The notes: generated from the letters alone by a model not told the origin. A stretch of DNA of 64,000 nt from Acidobacteriota bacterium (GCA_021787555.1 JAJYLS010000001.1:27967-91966); one strand, 5' to 3'. Counted from the first letter of the stretch, positions 28,623-39,008 are shown. A program made the numbers and translations.

Positions 28623-30068
28623 ATGGCTATATTCGCATCGTTTCGCGATCCCGCCGGCTGCGTCTTCACGCATGACGGGCGCCTTTACCGTATTGTGACA
28701 CCGGCCGGCATGGCCGACCTGAATTCGTTCCTGCAATCCGGCGCGGGCCGCAAGTGGATCGAATCGGGCCGCGTCGTCCGTACCGCCATGCTCGCCGAAG
28801 ATTCATCAGCCGGACTTCTCCGGGTTCCGGAAATCCGCCGGCTGTACGATGCCATCGGCGGCCAGGCGATCGTCGAGCACGAGCGCATCCCGTTCCCCAG
28901 TTTCCCTTATGAATGGGCGCCGGAGATGCTTCATGCCGCGGGCATGCTTACGCTGGATCTCGCGCGCGACCTGCTCCGCGACGATGTCGGCCTCAAGGAC
29001 GGGACGCCATACAACGTCTTGTTCCGGGGCACGGAGCCGGTGTTTATCGACTTGCTCTCCTTCGAGCGCCGCGACCCCGCCGATCCCACGTGGGTTCCTT
29101 ATGGCCAGTTCGTCCGCACGTTTCTGCTGCCTCTGCTGGCCAATCTCCGCTTCGGCCTTCCGCTCGACCAACTCCTGTTCACCCGCCGGGACGGCCTGGA
29201 GCCGGAAGAGGTCTATCGCTGGGCCAGCGCGCTCCAGCGCATCAGCCCGGGTTTCCTCTCGCTTGTCTCCTTGCCGACCTGGCTGGCCAGCCGCCATAGC
29301 CAGGATGACGCCAGCATTTACCGGAAGAAGCGCCTCGCCAATCCGGAGAAGGCGCGCTTCATTCTCGAGACCCTGATCAATAGCACCCGCCGCTCGCTCG
29401 ACCGGCTCCGTCCCAAGGCGGGCAAGACCTCCGTGTGGTCGGACTACATGGAGTCGAACAACAACTACACCTCCGCGCACTTCGCGGCCAAGAAGGGCTT
29501 TGTCGAAGAAGCGCTCGCCACGGCGCGCTGCCGGAATGTGCTCGACGTGGGCTGCAACACCGGTTTCTTCAGCTCACTGGCCGCGCGCGCGGGCGCCTCG
29601 GTGGTGGCCATCGATTACGATCCCGTCGTCGTCGGCGAAGTCTGGCGCCAGAGCCGTGCCGAAAAGCTGGATATCCTTCCGCTGGTCGTCAACCTGACCC
29701 GTCCCACACCCGGCACCGGATGGCTGAACCGCGAATGGTCCGGCTTTCTGGACCGCGCTCGCGGCCGGTTCGACATGGTGTTCATGCTGGCGGTCATCCA
29801 CCATATGCTCGTGACCGAGCGCGTCCCGCTCCGCGACATTATCCAGCTCGCTTCGGAATTGACCACCGATGCGCTGGTCGTGGAGTTCATCGCGCCGGAC
29901 GATTCCATGTTTCGCCGCCTCACCCGCGGCCGCGACGAACTGCACAAGGACCTCACCCCCGCGCTGTTCGAGGAGACCTGCCGCCCGTATTTCGAGATCG
30001 CCCGCACCCAGCACCTGGAAAATACCAGCCGCTGGCTGTACCTGTTGCGCCGCAAACCCGCAAAGTGA
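28623..30068 (+). CDS. NoeA-like protein: N-terminal kinase-like domain fused to a class I SAM methyltransferase
   Basis: SFRDP, PYEW, LKDGTPYN (catalytic-loop-like) and FIDLLSF (DFG-like), then VLDVGCNTG and LAVIHH. Confidence 0.75.
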   Translation: MAIFASFRDPAGCVFTHDGRLYRIVTPAGMADLNSFLQSGAGRKWIESGRVVRTAMLAEDSSAGLLRVPEIRRLYDAIGGQAIVEHERIPFPSFPYEWAPEMLHAAGMLTLDLARDLLRDDVGLKDGTPYNVLFRGTEPVFIDLLSFERRDPADPTWVPYGQFVRTFLLPLLANLRFGLPLDQLLFTRRDGLEPEEVYRWASALQRISPGFLSLVSLPTWLASRHSQDDASIYRKKRLANPEKARFILETLINSTRRSLDRLRPKAGKTSVWSDYMESNNNYTSAHFAAKKGFVEEALATARCRNVLDVGCNTGFFSSLAARAGASVVAIDYDPVVVGEVWRQSRAEKLDILPLVVNLTRPTPGTGWLNREWSGFLDRARGRFDMVFMLAVIHHMLVTERVPLRDIIQLASELTTDALVVEFIAPDDSMFRRLTRGRDELHKDLTPALFEETCRPYFEIARTQHLENTSRWLYLLRRKPAK

Positions 30069-30075
30069 GCGGGTT

Positions 30076-30639
30076 CTAGGCCGTCTTCTCCGTATCCATA
30101 AAGTAGTAACAGATCATGTGCGCCACGATCATGTGGACGTCTTCAATGCGGCCCATGTGCGGGTTGGATGCCTGAATATTCACTTCCGCCAGCGGTCCCA
30201 GCTTCCCCCCGTTCCTCCCCGAGAGCGCAATCGTGCGGCAGCCGATCGAACTGGCGTATTCCACCGCCCGCAGAACGTTCGGCGAATTCCCCGACCCGCT
30301 GATAGCCATCACCACGTCGCCGGGCTTCGCGAAATTCTTCAACTGCTCCACAAATATGCATTCATAGCTCACGTCGTTCGAATACGCCGTAATGGTGGGC
30401 AGCGAATCCGTCAGCGCCATAATGCGGAACCGCTTTTCGCGGCCGAAGCTCGCGCCTTTTACCATATCGCAGGCGAAATGCGACGCGGTCGACGCGCTCC
30501 CCCCGTTCCCGCACACAAAAATATGCCGGCCCTCCTCCCGCGCCTGCTTCAGCATCGCTATGGCGTGGTTTACTTTCTCCAAATCCACGGTCTCGATGGC
30601 CTTGAGCAGATCTGTCTTGTATGCTTCGGGAAACGTCAT
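30076..30639 (-). CDS. gmhA: SIS-domain phosphoheptose isomerase
   Basis: GNGGSAS.ASH, TA..ND, ISGSGNSPNV and IED.H motifs. Confidence 0.85.
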   Translation of the reverse strand: MTFPEAYKTDLLKAIETVDLEKVNHAIAMLKQAREEGRHIFVCGNGGSASTASHFACDMVKGASFGREKRFRIMALTDSLPTITAYSNDVSYECIFVEQLKNFAKPGDVVMAISGSGNSPNVLRAVEYASSIGCRTIALSGRNGGKLGPLAEVNIQASNPHMGRIEDVHMIVAHMICYYFMDTEKTA

Positions 30640-30813
30640 AGCTACTATTAACCTTCGTGTAGCGTCCTCCTGTCAACCGCACAGGCCGCGATCGTGGAAG
30701 CGCTGTGGTACACTTGCCTGTTCAGTGCCGGATAGTATGCAGCCGGTTGCACTTATGCTTTCCCCCGACCTGCTCTTACAAACCAACGAAATCCGGACTG
30801 GGGGCCGCCCTCA

Positions 30814-31744
30814 ATGATCCGTGTGGGTGTTATCGGGTATGGCTACTGGGGGCCGAACCTGGTGCGCAACTTCGCCGAAGCTCCCTGTACCGAAGTCATC
30901 GGCGTGAGCGATATGCGCCCTGACCGGCTCGCGCTGGCGCAGAAACGCCACCCCGCAATCAAAACGGCAGCCGACTACCGCGAGCTTCTGGCCGACCCCT
31001 CTATTGACGCGATCGCCATCTCCACTCCCGTCTCCACGCACTTTCCCCTGGCCAAAGCCGCCTTGCGGGCCGGCAAGCACGTCCTCATCGAAAAGCCGCT
31101 CACGACCAACGCGGAAGACGCCTTCTGGCTCATTGGCGAGGCCCGGCGCCGCAGCCTCACCCTCATGGTGGACCACACTTTCGTCTACACCAACCGCCGT
31201 CCGCAAAATCCACCAACTGGTGATGGACGGCCGCTTGGGAGATTCTGTGCTGCCCGTGAAGCCGTGCGCCATCGCCGCGACCGGCATCAGCCATGTCGAC
31301 GGCGGCCCGGAGAACCTGGCTTACATCACCGCGTTTTTCGCGGGACACGTGATCGGGTATGTCAATTTGAACTGGCTTTCGCCCGTAAAGGTGCGCCGCA
31401 CCATGATCGCCGGCAGCAAGCAGATGATCGTCTACGACGATATGGAAGCCACCGAGAAGGTAAAGGTCTACGACAAGGGCATTGCCGTTACCAACACTCC
31501 GGAAGCCTTATACAAAATTCTCTTCGGTTACCGCATCGGCGATATGTACGCGCCGCACCTCGATACCACCGAAGCTCTGCGCACCGAAGCCATCCATTTC
31601 GCCGAGTGCATCGAGAAAGCCACAACGCCCATCACCGACGGCTACGCCGGCCCGCGAGTAGTCCGCATTCTCGAAGCCGCCACGCAGTCCATGAAGGAGC
31701 GCGGGCGCCTGGTCGACCTCGGCGCCGAGGCGGTACACGCATGA
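30814..31744 (+). pseudogene. Gfo/Idh/MocA oxidoreductase, frameshifted and internally deleted
   Basis: GYGYWG..HVLIEKP..VDHTFVYT in one frame continues as AVRKIHQLV in another (about 31190). The conserved YYDSxRxN...DLAxHD segment is missing after GRLGD (about 31240). Confidence 0.8.
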
Positions 31745-32850
31745 TTCCATATCTGGATTTGCCGGCGCAGTATCGCGGGATCAAGGACGAAATCCGAGCC
31801 GCCATCGACGAAGTTCTGGAAAGCTGCCAATTCGTCCTGGGCCGCGCCGTGGCCGCCTTCGAGCAGGATTTCGCCGCTTACTGCCAGGCCCGCTACGCCA
31901 TCGGCGTGAACTCCGGGACCAGCGCCCTGCACCTCGCGCTGCTCGCCGCCGGTATCGGCCCCGGCGACCAAGTGATCACCACGCCCTTCACCTTCGTCGC
32001 CACCGTGGCCGCCATTCAATACACCGGCGCCCGCCCCGTGCTGGTGGATATCGACCCGCGCAGTTACACCATCGATCCGGCGCAAATCGAGCGCGCCATC
32101 ACCCCCAAAACGCGCGCCCTCCTCCCCGTTCACCTCTACGGCCAGCCGGCCGACATGGGCCCCATCCTCGAAATCGCTGCCCGCCGCGGCCTGATCGTCA
32201 TCGAGGATGCCGCCCAGGCGCACGGCGCCGAATACAAAGGCCGCCGCGCCGGCAGCCTGGGCGCCATGGCCTGTTTCAGTTTTTATCCCGTCAAGAACCT
32301 CGGCGCTTACGGCGAAGGCGGCGCCATCGTCACCAGCGACCCCGAATACAACCGCACCCTCCGCATGCTCCGCGACTGGGGCATGGAAAAGAAATACGAG
32401 CACCTGCTCAAAGGATTCAATTACCGGATGGAAGGCATTCAGGGCGCCGTGCTCGGCGTCAAGCTTCGCCACCTCGAAGCCTGGACCGAAGCGCGCCGCG
32501 CCCACGCCGCGCGCTACCGCGAACTACTGGCGCCGGCGGGCATCGGCATCCCCCAGGAGATGACTTACGCCCGCCACGTTTACCACGTTTACACCATCCG
32601 CACCGCCGGGCGCGCCCAACTCCAGGAGCGCTTGACTGAAGCCGGCGTGCAGACGGCCATCCACTACCCCGTTCCGGTCCATCTCCAGCCGGCCTATGCC
32701 GACCTCGGCTACCACCGCGGCGACTTCCCGCATGCCGAAAAAGCAGCCGGCGAGGTGCTCTCGCTCCCCATCTTCCCCGAAATGACCGAAGAGCAGATTG
32801 CCGCCGTGGCGGAGTGCTTTCAAACGGCCGGCGCCGCCGCACAAAGCTGA
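31741..32850 (+). CDS. DegT/DnrJ/EryC1/StrS family PLP-dependent sugar aminotransferase
   Basis: NSGTSAL, PVHLYG, EDAAQAHG and FSFYPVKNLGAYGEGG motifs. Own ATG at 31741. Confidence 0.95.
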   Translation: MIPYLDLPAQYRGIKDEIRAAIDEVLESCQFVLGRAVAAFEQDFAAYCQARYAIGVNSGTSALHLALLAAGIGPGDQVITTPFTFVATVAAIQYTGARPVLVDIDPRSYTIDPAQIERAITPKTRALLPVHLYGQPADMGPILEIAARRGLIVIEDAAQAHGAEYKGRRAGSLGAMACFSFYPVKNLGAYGEGGAIVTSDPEYNRTLRMLRDWGMEKKYEHLLKGFNYRMEGIQGAVLGVKLRHLEAWTEARRAHAARYRELLAPAGIGIPQEMTYARHVYHVYTIRTAGRAQLQERLTEAGVQTAIHYPVPVHLQPAYADLGYHRGDFPHAEKAAGEVLSLPIFPEMTEEQIAAVAECFQTAGAAAQS

Positions 32851-33484
32851 TGGACTGCCGTCCGGGGCTCAATCCGCGGCGCCTGGTCGCGCTGATGGAG
32901 CGCGCCATCGAGCGCTGTGCCTTAAATCTGGCGAGCGCCGTGGTATCCCCGTCGCGGGAACCAACGAGCGCCACCCCGCCATCGGCGTCTTTCCGTTTCT
33001 GGGCATCATGGCGGTGAAACTGCTCCTCAATGCCGGCATCGAAGTGCATTCGAGCCGCGTGCTGCTGCTCTGCGATAACGATTTTTCGCCTTACATCGAG
33101 TCGGGCCTGCGCGGCGCCGGCGCGAATGTGCAGGTTTCGGCCGAACTGCCTCGCAGCGCGCCCGCGCCGGGCTGCGACGCCGTGGTGGTGGCCCTCCATC
33201 CGCGGCCTGAACCGGTCCTGGGAGTAGGTGACGCGGCGCGTTTGGCTGCCTGGAATCCGCCGCCCGTTGTGCTTCAATATTGGGGGGGCGGCCTTCGCAG
33301 CCGCACCCATTGCTCTTTGGCCGCGCGACGCTCCGGCGCGGGAACACATGGGAATTCTTCCTTCGGCTGTCGGCCCGGCGGGCTGAAAGTCGGGGAAATT
33401 TTGTGGCGTGCCCGCGCCACGGGCAAATCGTGTGAGGAAAGCTTGCGGGTGCTGGCCGCCTCGTGGTACGGGGCGGCGCTGTGA
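32850..33484 (+). pseudogene. Degraded conserved hypothetical gene of polysaccharide loci
   Basis: MDCRPGLNPRRLVALMERAI.. in one frame and GIPVAGTNERHP..KLLLNAG in another. Appears shortened. Confidence 0.5.
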
Positions 33485-34098
33485 AGGAGACCCCGGAAAT
33501 GAAAAGACAAACCGGCGCGGTCGGCGGCGAGCGGTGCATTATCCGCTCGGGAACCGTGATCTATGAAGACGCCGTGCTCGGCAATGACATCCAAACCGCG
33601 CATAACGTGGTCATCCGCGAAGGCGTCCGCATCGGCGACGGCTGTGCCTTCGGCAGCGGCTGCGATCTCCAGATGGGCGCGCGCCTCGGCCGCAATGTCC
33701 GGCTCCAGATCCGCGTCGTGATTTCCGAAAATGCCGAGCTCGGCAACGACATCTTCATCGCTCCCGGGGTCGTCTTCACCGGCGGCCGCTTCATGACCGG
33801 CGCCCTCGAAGCCGCCGGCCGCATGTCGTACGAAGAGGCTGCCGCCCTCGAGCGCGGCAATTGGGACAAACCGTCGGTCGTCGTGGCGGATGACGTGCGC
33901 ATCGGCGCCAATTCCGTCATCCTTGCCGGTGTGCGGCTCGGGAAGGGCTGCGTCGTGGGGGCGGGTTCCGTCGTCTGGAAAGACGTTCCCGCGGGCCTGG
34001 CCCGCGGCCGCCCGGTCTATTTCATCGAAGACTCGTCCGAACCGGCGGCCGCCGAAACGGCCGCCCTACGCCAGGTCCACAACGATCGCAACTCATGA
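33481..34098 (+). CDS. Hexapeptide-repeat (LbH) acyltransferase
   Basis: Repeated [LIV]G hexapeptides and IGANSVILAGVRLG..VGAGSVV.KDVP. Confidence 0.85.
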   Translation: MKETPEMKRQTGAVGGERCIIRSGTVIYEDAVLGNDIQTAHNVVIREGVRIGDGCAFGSGCDLQMGARLGRNVRLQIRVVISENAELGNDIFIAPGVVFTGGRFMTGALEAAGRMSYEEAAALERGNWDKPSVVVADDVRIGANSVILAGVRLGKGCVVGAGSVVWKDVPAGLARGRPVYFIEDSSEPAAAETAALRQVHNDRNS

Positions 34099-35078
34099 AA
34101 GGCGCCATTTCCAAAGTCTCCCCTTTCCTGAAGGGCCTCCTCGGCGTCGGCATCCTCGCCTGGATGATCTCGAGTGGAAAGATCGATCTCCACCAACTGG
34201 GCCGCTCCCTGGCCCACTGGGCGCTGATGCTCGCCATTCTCGCCCTCGCCTACGCTCAGATACTCATTACCGCGTGGCGCTGGCGTTTGCTCCTGCGCGC
34301 CCAGGAGATTCCGCTCTCCTTCAACCGGGCCTGGGGCTTGACCATGATCGGCGCCCTCTTCAATGTCGCCATTCCCGGCGCGGTCAGCGGCGATCTGATC
34401 AAGGGCTACTACATCACTCGAGCCATGCAGGGTCGCAAAACCCACGCCGCCACTTCCATCCTTATGGACCGCGTCACCGGCCTCATCGGCCTCCTCTTCC
34501 TCGGCGCCGCGGGGGTCGCCTCCAATCTTTCCGAAGCCCTCCGCACCCCCGCCGCGCGCAGCCTCGGCGCCGCCACGTTCGCCGCTTTTTTCGGTGGAAT
34601 CGGCGGTCTCTACGCCGCTCTTTACGCCGGGGACCGCCTCTCGCGCTGGAGCGGCCTTCCCGGCATCGTCCGCACCGTCTTCTCCGCTCTCCACGAGTAC
34701 CGCCGGCAATCCTCGGCCGTTCCCGTGGCCCTGGCGCTCAGCATTGTCAACCAGGCAATCACCTGCTCCTGCTTTTATCTCGCGCTACGCTCCGCCGGAG
34801 TCGCCGGCCTGCCCTCCGGGCAGTTCTTCCTCATCGCCCCCCTAGGCTTCGTGGCCATCTCCCTGCCTATTGCTCCCGCCGGCGTCGGCGTCGGGCAGGC
34901 GGCCTTCTACGCCCTGTTCCAGGTCATCGCTCCAGGTTACGCCGCCGCCGGAACCGCGGCCTTCACCGCTTTTCAGGCCGTCTTCATCCTGGTCTGCCTC
35001 ACCGGGCTGTTCTGGTACATTCCTTACAAGCACGTGGAGATCCCCGCCGTGGCCGAAGGCAAATCGGGAGCTATGTGA
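34095..35078 (+). CDS. LPG-synthase TM / flippase-like (UPF0104) membrane protein
   Basis: RW..LL, N..IPG..GD..K, DR and P.P.GVGV motifs. Confidence 0.85.
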   Translation: MKGAISKVSPFLKGLLGVGILAWMISSGKIDLHQLGRSLAHWALMLAILALAYAQILITAWRWRLLLRAQEIPLSFNRAWGLTMIGALFNVAIPGAVSGDLIKGYYITRAMQGRKTHAATSILMDRVTGLIGLLFLGAAGVASNLSEALRTPAARSLGAATFAAFFGGIGGLYAALYAGDRLSRWSGLPGIVRTVFSALHEYRRQSSAVPVALALSIVNQAITCSCFYLALRSAGVAGLPSGQFFLIAPLGFVAISLPIAPAGVGVGQAAFYALFQVIAPGYAAAGTAAFTAFQAVFILVCLTGLFWYIPYKHVEIPAVAEGKSGAM

Positions 35079-35083
35079 ACCAC

Positions 35084-35441
35084 ATGCACGACATGCAAAA
35101 TCAACGGATTCTGATCACCGGCGGCGCCGGTCTCATCGGCTCCCATATCGCCGATCAAGCCTTGCAGGGCGGCGCAGCCGAAATCGTCGTCCTCGATAAT
35201 TTCGTTCGCGGCCGTCGCGAGACTCGCCTCCGCCCTCGCTACCGGGCGCGTCACCATCGTCGAAGGCGATATTCGGGACCGCGACCTCCTCCGCCGCGTC
35301 ATGCCCGGCATCGACATCCTCTTCCATCAGGCCGCCATCCGCATCACCCAGTGCGCCGAAGAGCCCCGCCTCGCCCTCGAAGTTCTGGTGGACGGCACCT
35401 TCAACGTCCTCGAGGCCGCTGTCGAGGCCACTGGCCCATAG
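35084..35441 (+). pseudogene. NAD-dependent epimerase/dehydratase, frameshifted and truncated
   Basis: ILITGGAGLIGSH..LDNFVRG, a frameshift near 35222 into EGDIRD..FHQAAIRI..GTFNVLEAA, then a stop. The catalytic YxxxK half is absent. Confidence 0.85.
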
Positions 35442-35579
35442 GGCGAATTGCAGCCGCTGCGCGGCCCTGTCAAAGGCGGTATTGACGTGGGTAGTTCCCG
35501 GGGCTGTTCACGCTCGCGGGCGCTTGTTAGTCCCGAGCAGTACGACCACGGGATGCGGCCGCCCACAAGCCGTTGCATA

Positions 35580-35825
35580 ATGAATGAGATGCTGAATGAG
35601 CGCCTCGTCGACACGGTGAGCCGTACTTTGGGAGTTGAAAAAAGACGCGTCATTGCGGAGATGAGCAGTGAGAACACTGCCGCTTGGGATTCTGTCGCGC
35701 ACTTGAATCTGATCCTCGAAATCGAGGAGATCTTCGACGTGCATTTCTCGAGCGAAGAAATCCCTACGCTGACCTCGGTGGGCCGTCTCCAGGAGGCGCT
35801 GGCCGCTCGGACGGCGGGGGCATAG
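35580..35825 (+). CDS. Acyl carrier protein
   Basis: WDSVAHLNLILEIEEIF phosphopantetheine site; acidic, about 80 aa. Confidence 0.88.
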   Translation: MNEMLNERLVDTVSRTLGVEKRRVIAEMSSENTAAWDSVAHLNLILEIEEIFDVHFSSEEIPTLTSVGRLQEALAARTAGA

Positions 35826-35849
35826 GCCCTCTGTGGCGGCCCTCCTTGC

Positions 35850-38800
35850 TTATGGAACCGCCGTCACCATCAGGGGCGAAGTATACGTAACGGCGCTCCC
35901 GCTGTACATCTTCAGGCGGTACTCGACAATTCTTCCCGAGATACCGGGAAGCGCAATCGTGCACCCCGATGCGCAGGGCAGCGGCGTATAGGCCTCTGTC
36001 TCGAAATAGAACGGGTTGGCCGGGTTGATCGCGCCGGCATTCGCCACGCACGCCTCCTGCCGGGCAGTGCAGTCGAACCGGCCCTCGCCATTCTCCGCGT
36101 ATCCGAACTCCACTACCGCGCCGTCCGCCCCCGCCGCGCCGGGTAGCGTCACCTTGACCGGCGCATAGGCCGCCCGGTTCACGGCATCGCGCACCATGGG
36201 CGGAACCTTGAACAGCTTTATCATCCCATCGGACGCGACCGTTGTGAACAGCCAGGATCCATCCGGAATTGTCCGCGAATTCCAATACTGTATCTGGCCG
36301 TCGTACTTCCCGAAGGAATTACTGATCGTCCGGTGCGTTTTCCCATCGGGATCGTTTGCCCCCAACTGCTGGATCGTGATCCCCTGCGTCCACCTCCATG
36401 CCGTGCTCACGCAGATGTCGTTGGGCGCCGGTGCGCTCCCCTGCAACAGCGTCCAGTCGTTCGTGCAGTACGCATTCGCGATATTGGGGGCGTTGAAATA
36501 GATGTCGCCGGCCTGCGAGCCGTCGTAGCATTCTCCCGCGTTGTACGCCATGCACCATTCGAATTGCGTGGAAGCGTCCGTCGCAAGATGCACGCCCGGC
36601 CCGGAGACCTCTCGCATTGCCCGGTTGCCGCTATGCGCGAAAAAGCCGATTTTTTTATAATTCTGCCGAACGAAGGTGCCCCGGATGCGGTAAAGCTGCC
36701 CCCCTGCCGGCGTAACCTCGGAAGCAGTCACCAGGCCGTAATCCCCCGTGTAAGGGTGATTGTTGACCACTTGTGCGTACGTTAAGGCATCCGGCGGATT
36801 TAGAATAGCAAGCGAAGGATGCGACTCCACAGAGCACGGGGTCGATGAATTCCCGGCGCAGGCCGCGCCGTTATAACCCGGAACAACTATCTGAAACACC
36901 GGATATGTGCTCGTGGTGAACCGGTCGGGTTCCATCCCCTGTTGTGTATTTATCGCGGGCCAAAACGTGGGAGAAAATGTATCCACGATACTCCACCGCC
37001 CGTATGCCGACGAATTCACATACGCCGCGTGGCCACCCCCTAGCCCCGTATCCACATACGAACTGGCATAATCGCTACTTTTGGGGTTCTTGGTATAATT
37101 CCACCACGCCGTTGCGCGGAAACCCGATGTCACCATGTCGAGTGTCCCATTCGGCTGAACCGTATCATAGCCTCGCTTTCCATTGCGGCTATACTGCCGC
37201 TGGATATACCACGTCAACCCATCGCTTCCCTTCTCCAGCAGCCGCGCCAGTTCGTAACCCGAAGAATTGCTGGAATCGATGCTTAGTAAATCGCCGGGAG
37301 CGGCGGGGAAGGACGTAGGAAACCCCGCGGTGGGCGTGTTAATCGTGGCGTCTGCCGATACCGTGATGGTACTGCACCCCTTCACCCACGACACTCCCGG
37401 CCAGTCCGTGATATAACTCCCCGCCGGTTGGCTCATGGTACACGGACTTCCCGAAGCTACCATTCCATTCGGCAGTGTCACTCGGTACACTTGAGCGTTG
37501 TCCTGATGCAGAACATGAAGCACGAGCGGCATCGAACCCGAACCAGGATCGTTCCCCGGCTCCCCCGAATGCAGCGAAGCGTAGCGTAGCGGCGATCCCG
37601 GTCCGCCGAGAAACGTCGAGGTGCTTCCCACAAAACACCCCGGCATCCCTTGATATGTCGTTCCCGTAACGGCAGGGTTATCCACACAGCCAGCGGCGCT
37701 CCCGAACCGCGCGGTCTGTGTCGCGGCGGTGGCATAGGGGTCGAATAACATCAGCCACCCAGGCCCGTTTTGAATGTCCCAACTGCCAATCAGAATCTTG
37801 CCGCTGAAAAAATCAGCGGACCAATACATCCCGCAGCACGCGGACCCGTACGTAGTCCAGTTCGGATCGAACTCAGCAATCAAGGTGTCGAGGCTGCGGT
37901 CGAAATTCGCGTCCGATGGAGTTACGTCGGTAAACCTGGTATGGGGCAGAGAAACCGAAGTTGAATTGACGTCCTGCCCGGACAAATCGGGATCGTTCCC
38001 GGCAACGTCATGGCCGCTGTATGCCGCGGCAATCAAATAGTGCTTGTTTTTATTCCATATCGCCCCATTTCCTAGACCCGGAAGAAATATATAAAACTTG
38101 TTCGGCTCCGACCGGGTAATGTCGAGCAGCGGCGCGGCAGATCCCCAGCCCCTTGCCGGTGCGTGTCGTCCGTCGTATGCCACTTGCATAAGACCCAGGA
38201 ACCTCGTTTCCCCGTCTGAAGCAATCCAGAACAGGCCAACAGAGAAAGGACCGGAGGCACGGACAGGGAGGGCGCAATGGTACCCCGATTTATTTTCGTC
38301 CGATGCTTTCACTGGCGTGGGGTGGCACCACTGCCCGAAGCCGGAAGCCATCATACTTGCCGACGCCCCTGTGAGCACATCCCCCGGCAGCAGCAAGTTT
38401 TTCACTGCCACGCCGGTATGTGGATCCACCGTACTCGCCGTTCGGTCCGTTGCCGATAGGGTCGGATACAAGTAACTTCCGGAATGGTTAGGATCGGCCG
38501 GGATCGCATCGCCGTAACCAAGCCCAGCGGGAACCGTTCCGGTCGAGAAGGCGCCGGTCGATATGCTGTTACCGCTCAGCGACGGGCAGGTGATTCGATA
38601 GTAATATGTTGTGGCGGCGGCCAGGGAGCGGCTGTAGTTATTTCCATCGCTGGCTGTTTCCACCGTCCGCCTGCCGATCGTAAATACGCGAACACGGCCA
38701 TTGGCGTAGCCTCCCGGGCGGTTATCGAAATTCGCCCCCGGGAATAACGTGCCGTTCACGTCCGGCATGAGCGGAGCGTACGTGTTAGAAGGGCTCACCT

Positions 38801-38963
38801 CGACCATGCACGGCTGATTCTCCTCGCCGCTCGGAGCGGAGTAAGTGAGGATGGCTTGTTGCGCGGTTGTGGCCAATACGCGGGCCGACGAGCGCCAGTC
38901 GCCTCGGATCTGCCCCTGAAGAGAAGCCAACAGGAAGCAGACAATCGCTACTCGATATCTCAT
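35850..38963 (-). CDS. Large secreted Cys/Ser/Thr-rich beta protein of unknown function
   Basis: 1037-aa ORF with a signal peptide and an FN3-like N-terminal segment. GC is visibly lower than the flanks. Confidence 0.75.
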   Translation of the reverse strand: MRYRVAIVCFLLASLQGQIRGDWRSSARVLATTAQQAILTYSAPSGEENQPCMVEVSPSNTYAPLMPDVNGTLFPGANFDNRPGGYANGRVRVFTIGRRTVETASDGNNYSRSLAAATTYYYRITCPSLSGNSISTGAFSTGTVPAGLGYGDAIPADPNHSGSYLYPTLSATDRTASTVDPHTGVAVKNLLLPGDVLTGASASMMASGFGQWCHPTPVKASDENKSGYHCALPVRASGPFSVGLFWIASDGETRFLGLMQVAYDGRHAPARGWGSAAPLLDITRSEPNKFYIFLPGLGNGAIWNKNKHYLIAAAYSGHDVAGNDPDLSGQDVNSTSVSLPHTRFTDVTPSDANFDRSLDTLIAEFDPNWTTYGSACCGMYWSADFFSGKILIGSWDIQNGPGWLMLFDPYATAATQTARFGSAAGCVDNPAVTGTTYQGMPGCFVGSTSTFLGGPGSPLRYASLHSGEPGNDPGSGSMPLVLHVLHQDNAQVYRVTLPNGMVASGSPCTMSQPAGSYITDWPGVSWVKGCSTITVSADATINTPTAGFPTSFPAAPGDLLSIDSSNSSGYELARLLEKGSDGLTWYIQRQYSRNGKRGYDTVQPNGTLDMVTSGFRATAWWNYTKNPKSSDYASSYVDTGLGGGHAAYVNSSAYGRWSIVDTFSPTFWPAINTQQGMEPDRFTTSTYPVFQIVVPGYNGAACAGNSSTPCSVESHPSLAILNPPDALTYAQVVNNHPYTGDYGLVTASEVTPAGGQLYRIRGTFVRQNYKKIGFFAHSGNRAMREVSGPGVHLATDASTQFEWCMAYNAGECYDGSQAGDIYFNAPNIANAYCTNDWTLLQGSAPAPNDICVSTAWRWTQGITIQQLGANDPDGKTHRTISNSFGKYDGQIQYWNSRTIPDGSWLFTTVASDGMIKLFKVPPMVRDAVNRAAYAPVKVTLPGAAGADGAVVEFGYAENGEGRFDCTARQEACVANAGAINPANPFYFETEAYTPLPCASGCTIALPGISGRIVEYRLKMYSGSAVTYTSPLMVTAVP

Positions 38964-39008
38964 TCCATTTGCCTTTCACATCCTCAGTGAGACATTATCG
39001 CACGGTGT

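Noticed and set aside
30814..32850. 678-aa oxidoreductase-aminotransferase fusion in the ORF track
   Set aside because: The middle is out-of-frame nonsense caused by the pseudogene frameshift, and the aminotransferase has its own ATG at 31741.
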